DNA of 64,000 bases, from contig CALXTN010000002.1 of NCBI GenBank assembly GCA_944391405.1, positions 23,393 through 87,392 on the forward strand. The letters are read 5' to 3'. The DNA comes from an uncultured Alphaproteobacteria bacterium (GTDB lineage Bacteria > Pseudomonadota > Alphaproteobacteria > RF32 > CAG-239). The stretch's first letter is position 1. Each line of letters begins with the position of its first letter. A program made the translations under genes and the position numbers. Below, in pieces: positions 58,501 through 64,000 of the stretch. The notes under the pieces were generated by a model that saw nothing but the letters and a program-made list of their open reading frames with translations, ran no database searches and was not told the DNA's origin.

Positions 58501-59436
58501 CTAATAAGAAACTGTGACCGTATACGTACCGGAATAATTACCTTCAGCAGCATTAGGAGGAATATTTAAGGTTGCGCCCACATTAAAAGAGCCATTGCCG
58601 GAGATATCTGTTCCTCCCAATATTAGTGAATTACCAACATTAGAAACAAAATTATTGACGGATAGAGTTGAATTATTTTCATTATATAAAAGAACTTCAG
58701 ATGGAAGTGTAATATAAACAGTCCTTCCGGCAATACCATCGACGGCAAAAATTCCCTCACTGGTAGCAGAATTAGCGGCATATACCCCATTATAAGCAAC
58801 TTGATTGGTTGGGGATAGAACGACCGTACCTCCTGTACCATTTTTAACGACAGAACCAAAATCCATCTCTTGGGTTTGATTAACAGAAAGTCTGGAGTTA
58901 AAAGTGATAGCTAGTGCAAAATTAGCAGAGTAATTTTCATTAAATCCCTGCCAGTTATAGGCATGTATATTTATGGGAAGTGTCCCGTTGTACGTTCCCG
59001 GCTCGCAATATTCGCTTATTTGCACATCAGCCGTAACAGTTAGATTAACATATTCGTCGTTTGAAGTAAAAGTCCAAGCCTCGGGAGAACCTCCAATAGA
59101 AACATCCGAGCTCTGTACATAGAAATTACTAATGGTAATCTGACAGCCACTAAAAGAACCTCCTGAGGAGGTAATGGTGTAATCTTTGTCCCATCTGATT
59201 CCAATCACGCCCTGGTCATTAATCTGCAACATACCTAATTGACATGTTGCCTGTTTATAAAGTCCGCTAACAACACAATCACCGGCATCTTGCCATGAAA
59301 TAGATGCATTATTTGTAAGCTGAATATAGGTTCCCAAAGAAATATCTTGAGACTTGTTCACTACAACAGTAGCCCACCCGACAGAGGCTTTAAAACACGT
59401 GATAAAAACAAGAAAACAGACACATCTTCTAAACAT
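58501..59436 (-). CDS. Two-domain pilus subunit (putative tip adhesin): novel N-domain plus pilin-like C-domain
   Basis: 311 aa from MFRRCVCFLVF. The C-terminal half has the pilin pattern (EMDFGSVV ... GNYSGTYTVTVSY). Confidence 0.55.
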   Translation of the reverse strand: MFRRCVCFLVFITCFKASVGWATVVVNKSQDISLGTYIQLTNNASISWQDAGDCVVSGLYKQATCQLGMLQINDQGVIGIRWDKDYTITSSGGSFSGCQITISNFYVQSSDVSIGGSPEAWTFTSNDEYVNLTVTADVQISEYCEPGTYNGTLPINIHAYNWQGFNENYSANFALAITFNSRLSVNQTQEMDFGSVVKNGTGGTVVLSPTNQVAYNGVYAANSATSEGIFAVDGIAGRTVYITLPSEVLLYNENNSTLSVNNFVSNVGNSLILGGTDISGNGSFNVGATLNIPPNAAEGNYSGTYTVTVSY

Positions 59437-59449
59437 ATTTTTCACACAT

Positions 59450-59594
59450 AAAAAATGACCCTTTTCTATCAATATAAGAAAATTTCTCTCCAAAGCAATT
59501 AAGATTAAATTTTTATTAACAAGAATAAAGACTTATCCCATTTAATTTACAATCATTTTCTTAACTGCCCTGCTGATAAAAAAGGGTCGTTTTT
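59450..59594. repeat. 16-nt inverted repeat pair bracketing a 114-bp AT-rich spacer inside the pilus locus
   Basis: Plus-strand AAAAAATGACCCTTTT (59450-59465) against AAAAGGGTCGTTTTT (59580-59594). 15 of 16 positions are complementary. Confidence 0.6.
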
Positions 59595-59627
59595 CTGTGG
59601 CATACCTAATAATAAACTAAACCAAAA

Positions 59628-60125
59628 TTAGTAGCTAACTGTAACCTCGTACGTACCGGTATAGTCACCCTCAGCTTGTCCTTGACCGACAGTCAAATCT
59701 GCACCAACTTTAATTTGTCCGCTTGTGCCTGTAAGAGTAAGTGTGCTGGCAGGTTCTGTAACAAAATTATTAACGGTCATAGGATCACCGGCACCTGTCA
59801 AAGTTGTAGAATCTGTAACCGAAATAGTCATAGATTGACGATCAGCACCTGTCACATTAAACAAACCGGCCTGACCACCGTTTCCAACTAAAATAGAAGA
59901 GTCACCACTTCTTGTACCATTAGTAGCAATAGTTACTTTTTTTGATGTATCTGTTGGTGCAATCATTGTACCAAAATCAAGAGAATCTTGTTCGGAAATG
60001 CTAACCGGAGCAACAATTTTTGCCTTAATGTTTCCCGTAGCCGATTCTTCAGCAGCCTGAGCAGCAGAGCTACCTAAAGCCAAAACAGCCACGGCCACTG
60101 TTAAAAGTAAATTCTTTTTCATCAT
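59628..60125 (-). CDS. DUF4402/SCPU-like secreted pilin (probable major subunit)
   Basis: 165 aa from MMKKNLLL (AGGGGA SD). Signal peptide ..SSAAQA|AE. AKIVAPVSISEQDSLDFGT ... GDYTGTYEVTVSY. Confidence 0.65.
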   Translation of the reverse strand: MMKKNLLLTVAVAVLALGSSAAQAAEESATGNIKAKIVAPVSISEQDSLDFGTMIAPTDTSKKVTIATNGTRSGDSSILVGNGGQAGLFNVTGADRQSMTISVTDSTTLTGAGDPMTVNNFVTEPASTLTLTGTSGQIKVGADLTVGQGQAEGDYTGTYEVTVSY

Positions 60126-60209
60126 TTTTCCCCTAAATGCAATAAGTAATTTCAATCTAACTATAAGAGAAAATTGTTAAAATTCGGTTTAAAATATTAG
60201 CAAAAAATA

Positions 60210-60746
60210 TTAGTATGAAGTTTGTATACGATACACGCCAGAACGGATACCTTTTTTAGCTGTATCTGAAACGTTGAGTGTCGCTCCCACGTTTATATCA
60301 ACTTTCCCATCTTGTGAGCCTAGCGTAATGAGTTTGTCACTATCTGTGCTTGTTGTAAATGAATGAATATTAAGTGCTTTATCTTCGTTATCATAAATAT
60401 GAACATTTGGGATATCAACAGACACCGCTTGCGCTCTAGGGCCGCTAAGGTGAATAGCTCCTGATGAATAACCGCTTGTTGCCAACCCAGGACCTGTTGT
60501 TGTTCGGTTTCCTTCTTCATCAACAGTAACATCTCCGGCATTATTTGTTACAATCGTCCCAAACCGTAAATCATTAGAAGATGTCGCCGCAACCGGAGCG
60601 ACAATTTTTGCATAAATCTCACCTGTAGCAGAAAGTTCTGCCCCATATTTTTGGCGGGTTTTAACTTTGTCAACCGCTTTCGCATCAAAAAAAGAGACAA
60701 CGGTCAAAGTCAAAACCAAAAAAGTTAATTGCTTATAAGAAACCAT
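60210..60746 (-). CDS. DUF4402/SCPU-like secreted pilin, paralogue
   Basis: 178 aa from MVSYKQL (GGAGGGG SD). AKIVAPVAATSSNDLRFGT ... SGVYRIQTSY. Confidence 0.6.
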   Translation of the reverse strand: MVSYKQLTFLVLTLTVVSFFDAKAVDKVKTRQKYGAELSATGEIYAKIVAPVAATSSNDLRFGTIVTNNAGDVTVDEEGNRTTTGPGLATSGYSSGAIHLSGPRAQAVSVDIPNVHIYDNEDKALNIHSFTTSTDSDKLITLGSQDGKVDINVGATLNVSDTAKKGIRSGVYRIQTSY

Positions 60747-60779
60747 TGCCCCTCCAAATAACACCATATTTGTAAAATA

Positions 60780-62111
60780 TTACTCTGCGCTAATCATAGA
60801 ACATGTTTCCTTGACGGTTGCTTTAACACGGGTAATACGCATATTATCAACTTCTAGGACTTCATAAAAACAATAATCATCCTCTGTCTTATCGCCAACA
60901 ACAGGCTCTCGACCTAATAAGTTGAAGACATATCCTCCCATTGTACTCTCTTCGTGCTCACAATAAGGAAGTTCTAGACAGTCATAAGCATCTTCAACAA
61001 GATACAAACCGTCAAATTCGCATACTCTCTCATTAATTTTTTTAACCGGCATATCTGTAACTTCGTCATGCTCATCTTGAATATCACCAACCAATTCTTC
61101 CAAAATATCTTCCATAGAAAGAAGCCCCGCGGTTCCACCGTATTCATCAACAACGACAGCCAGATGAATTCTTTTCTTCATCATCTCATGCAAAATTTCG
61201 GAAATAGATTTATTTTCAGGTACAAACAAAATATTACGAACAATTTTGCTCAAAATATCTTTGTGTGGAGAGTTTTTGCATTCCAACAAATCACGAATAT
61301 GTATCATACCGATAATTTGGTCTTTATCACCATTGCAAAGCGGAAAACGAGTATGTTTGTGTTGTTTAACAAATTCCATAATTTCGTTATAGCTACTATT
61401 TTGATAAATACACTTCATTTCCTGACGAGGGATCATGATTTCGTGAGCAGAAATTTCAGAGAAGCAAATAGCATTTTGGATAATTTCACTTTCAGTATCG
61501 TCAATAACGCCACCTTTCTGCGAAGCATCAATAATTAATTTAATTTCTTCCTCAGAGTGAGCATCTTCATTTTCGTCAGCTTGCTTAACACCCATCATTT
61601 TCAAAATCCACATTGTAACGTGGTCAAATACCCAAATAAACGGAGCGAAGATTTTGTTAAAAGTATAGAGCGGACGAGCAATAATCAAAGCATAGCGCTC
61701 TGTATCTTGAATAGCCATAGACTTTGGAACCAATTCACCAAAAACAACGTGCAATAATGTGATAAATGTAAAAGCAATACCAAAGCTTAAAGAGTGCAAC
61801 AAAATTTTATTATCAGCAAAGAAACCAGAGAACAAATCTTCCAGTAAACGAGAAACAGCAGGTTCACCCAACCAACCTAAACCCAAAGAAGCAAGAGTAA
61901 TACCAAGCTGAATTGCACTTAGATAAGTGTTCATATGTTCGTTAATCTTTAATGCAATTTTTGCAGATTTATTTCCACCATGAGCCAACTCTTCAAGTTT
62001 GGTACGACGAATTTTTACAATTGCAAATTCAGAAACAACAAAAAAAGCATTACAAAAAACTAAAACTAAAACTAAAAATAAATTAAAGATATATCCATAA
62101 ACGGGACTCAT
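60780..62111 (-). CDS. CNNM/TlyC-type membrane protein (DUF21 + CBS pair + CorC_HlyC)
   Basis: 443 aa. N-terminal 4-TM DUF21 segment (EFAIVKIRRTKLEEL), a CBS pair and a C-terminal transporter-associated domain. Confidence 0.85.
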   Translation of the reverse strand: MSPVYGYIFNLFLVLVLVFCNAFFVVSEFAIVKIRRTKLEELAHGGNKSAKIALKINEHMNTYLSAIQLGITLASLGLGWLGEPAVSRLLEDLFSGFFADNKILLHSLSFGIAFTFITLLHVVFGELVPKSMAIQDTERYALIIARPLYTFNKIFAPFIWVFDHVTMWILKMMGVKQADENEDAHSEEEIKLIIDASQKGGVIDDTESEIIQNAICFSEISAHEIMIPRQEMKCIYQNSSYNEIMEFVKQHKHTRFPLCNGDKDQIIGMIHIRDLLECKNSPHKDILSKIVRNILFVPENKSISEILHEMMKKRIHLAVVVDEYGGTAGLLSMEDILEELVGDIQDEHDEVTDMPVKKINERVCEFDGLYLVEDAYDCLELPYCEHEESTMGGYVFNLLGREPVVGDKTEDDYCFYEVLEVDNMRITRVKATVKETCSMISAE

Positions 62112-62219
62112 ATGATTATTTTTGAACTACCTCAAATACATTAAACACGCCTTACAACATATAATAAGGATTCACAGATGTCAATAATTCTTTTAAGTAA
62201 AATAAAAGATTTATGTCGT

Positions 62220-62780
62220 TTAATCAAAGGCATCAGCCGAAGTTTCAAGAAAACGACTATTTTTAGGCATAATCAATGATTGTGTAGAAATATTTTCTAA
62301 TTCCAATAGTTTAGATTTAAATATTAAGCCACCGCCAAACCCTGTAAGACTATTATTTTTACCAATAACTCTATGACATGGAATAATAATTGCAATCGGA
62401 TTAGCGCCAACCGCTCCACCGACAGCCTGTGCCGACATAGATTTTAAATGGCGTATTTGAGCAATTTTCTTTGCAATTTCGCCATAAGTGGTCAGAGTTC
62501 CATAAGGAATATCGAGTAGTAATTGCCAAACTTGTTTTTGAAAATCTGAGCCCAAGAGAGATAAAGGAGGAATAAAATTAGGTTTTTGTCCTGAAAAATA
62601 AATATCTAACCAATTTTTAGTTTGTTGCATACAAGTAAGCTTTGCGCCATCAGGAAAAGATGGAAGATAAGTTTTAGAGTGTTGTTTCCAAAAATTATTT
62701 CTCAACCCGATTAAATGAGTTTCGTCGCTTTCTAAAAAGAGTGTTCCTAAAGGTGAAATGTATGTCGTTGAATAGAGCAT
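62220..62780 (-). CDS. ogt: Methylated-DNA--protein-cysteine methyltransferase
   Basis: Active site IIPCHRVIG. 186 aa from the internal ATG; the N-terminal ORF-track extension is hydrophobic junk. Confidence 0.85.
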   Translation of the reverse strand: MLYSTTYISPLGTLFLESDETHLIGLRNNFWKQHSKTYLPSFPDGAKLTCMQQTKNWLDIYFSGQKPNFIPPLSLLGSDFQKQVWQLLLDIPYGTLTTYGEIAKKIAQIRHLKSMSAQAVGGAVGANPIAIIIPCHRVIGKNNSLTGFGGGLIFKSKLLELENISTQSLIMPKNSRFLETSADAFD

Positions 62781-62921
62781 ATGAAAACATCCTATAATTT
62801 GTAAAACAGCATAACAGAGAAAAAGAAAGAAGCAAGCAAAGAAATTATAGAAAGTACTTGACTTAGAGCAAACTCTAAGAGTTACACTAAAATCAGAATC
62901 GATAACAAGGGAGAGAAAACA

Positions 62922-63404
62922 ATGGAAAAACAAATATTTTACTATAAATTTGATAAGGTAAATGCGTGGCTGATATTAAATCTGGCACTAACCATAACTT
63001 TAAGCTATTGGAGCTTTAAGTGTGTATGCCTGCTATATTGGATACAAACACAAATTTTGATAGGTTTATGTGTGTTTTCTTGGCTGGGATGGATTTGGAA
63101 ATACGTCCTCAAGCATCAAGCTATTATGGTGGATGAAGAGGGGATTAAATTAGATTTAAGTGATAAGTTGAAGTGGTCTGATATAAAGAGTATTGAAGAA
63201 AAAGAAGTTCGTTGTTGCTTAAAAAAATACAAAGTTCTGATTTTACATCCTAAGGAGAATATAGATTATCACTACAATTTTTTACAAAAGCACAACGGCG
63301 AATTTACTCCGTTTGCTGTTCCGTTGTATGGGATTTTATCAGAAGATGATGAGAAAACAGTCGTAGAGATAATAAAGCAAAAGGTAGGAACAAAACATGC
63401 GTAA
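62922..63404 (+). CDS. Hypothetical membrane protein (2 TM plus small cytoplasmic domain)
   Basis: 160-aa ORF. Two hydrophobic helices, then a PH-like-sized soluble part. The stop overlaps the next start (ATGCGTAA). Confidence 0.45.
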   Translation: MEKQIFYYKFDKVNAWLILNLALTITLSYWSFKCVCLLYWIQTQILIGLCVFSWLGWIWKYVLKHQAIMVDEEGIKLDLSDKLKWSDIKSIEEKEVRCCLKKYKVLILHPKENIDYHYNFLQKHNGEFTPFAVPLYGILSEDDEKTVVEIIKQKVGTKHA

Positions 63405-64000
63405 ATATAGAGTATTATATGGTGTCGCATTAAGTATAATGATGTTTTCATCATTTTCAACACATGCGGCAAATCAAACATTGGGAGAAAATAATATGAG
63501 CAGAACTGAGATATGTAAAAGAAATTTTCGCACGCTTTTTAACGGAGAAGCTTTAACCAACATGGGAACAGATCCGGAAATGATGCAAATTTTGCAAAAA
63601 TATATATTCGGAGAAGTTTTCACCATTGGTGAATTAGATATGAAAACCAGAGAGATATTGACGGTTATATCTTTAAGCACGCAACAAACATTACCGCAGT
63701 TAAAAGCGCATGCGCAAGCTGCGTTAAATATAGGGGTGACACCATTAGAATTAAGAGAGGCTGTATATCAGTGTGCTCCCTTTATAGGGTTTCCGAAAAC
63801 ATTAAACGCACTCAATACGATAAATGAGGTGTTTACCGAAAATGGAATTAAATTACCATTAGAAAATCAAAACCAAGTAACCGAAGAAAATCGCCACGAA
63901 AAAGGTCTGGCTTTGCAACAACCGTTGTATGGCACAGAAATAAAGGATATGTTAAAAGGTTTACCTCAAAATATGGGAGATGAAGCAGCTCGCTTATTGA
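63397..64000 (+). CDS. Carboxymuconolactone decarboxylase (CMD/AhpD-like) family protein with signal peptide, 3'-truncated by the window end
   Basis: My own translation: MRKYRVLYGVALSIMMFSSFSTHA..., then ELDMKTREILTVISLSTQQTLPQLKAHAQAALNIGVTPLELREAVYQCAPFIGFPK. No stop codon before position 64000. Confidence 0.65.
   Translation, partial: MRKYRVLYGVALSIMMFSSFSTHAANQTLGENNMSRTEICKRNFRTLFNGEALTNMGTDPEMMQILQKYIFGEVFTIGELDMKTREILTVISLSTQQTLPQLKAHAQAALNIGVTPLELREAVYQCAPFIGFPKTLNALNTINEVFTENGIKLPLENQNQVTEENRHEKGLALQQPLYGTEIKDMLKGLPQNMGDEAARLL

Noticed and set aside
1-64000. A window-wide scan for CRISPR arrays, rRNA, IS elements, integrases, prophage genes, and toxin-antitoxin or restriction-modification modules.
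   Set aside because: I saw no repeat-spacer periodicity, rRNA-like conserved blocks, transposase or integrase motifs, or phage structural genes. The only methyltransferases are PrmC, Ogt, TrmD and a membrane-anchored class I enzyme with no nuclease partner.

Overview
This is a 64-kb chromosomal window from an AT-rich Gram-negative genome. It is probably an alphaproteobacterium. That is an inference from RpoH sigma-32, a DUF4167 protein, a ParE-sized topoisomerase subunit, an Ala/Glu-tailed S16, anchored DsbA/Com1-like paralogues and a 17-kDa-antigen-like glycine-zipper lipoprotein. I count about 60 protein genes and 2 tRNAs (Pro-CGG, Leu-TAG). I saw no rRNA, CRISPR array, transposase or integrase.

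The backbone is housekeeping: rnj, an ABC-F ATPase, DUF47-PiT, parE, rpsB-tsf, asnS, rpoH-prmC, prfC, ffh-rpsP-rimM-trmD-rplS, nfo, tig, fmt, tpiA-secG-pyrG and ogt. Envelope and glycan modules are interspersed in it:
- An MFS gene followed by Sec-signal-bearing, tandemly duplicated CgeB-like glycosyltransferase-fold genes (2798-7178).
- N-terminally anchored GT92-like and GT2 enzymes.
- A low-GC GT11 fucosyltransferase, SGNH-like, cytidylyltransferase and acetyltransferase cluster next to tRNA-Pro (40239-42959).
- A five-gene chaperone-usher-like pilus locus (54759-60746). Its pilins look DUF4402/SCPU-like and its usher candidate is unusually long at 996 aa.

The pilus locus is my best candidate for an undescribed system. 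Other items worth a second look:
- A 388-aa protein built from three (plus a partial fourth) ~105-aa repeats of an unrecognised module.
- Two CobB-type sirtuin paralogues 3 kb apart.
- Structured leaders upstream of rpsB and ffh.
- An orphan gene pair with shifted codon usage before the prfC terminator.

All calls come from reading the ORF translations and the DNA by eye. No searches or folding programs were run, so family names are motif-level recognitions, not database hits.
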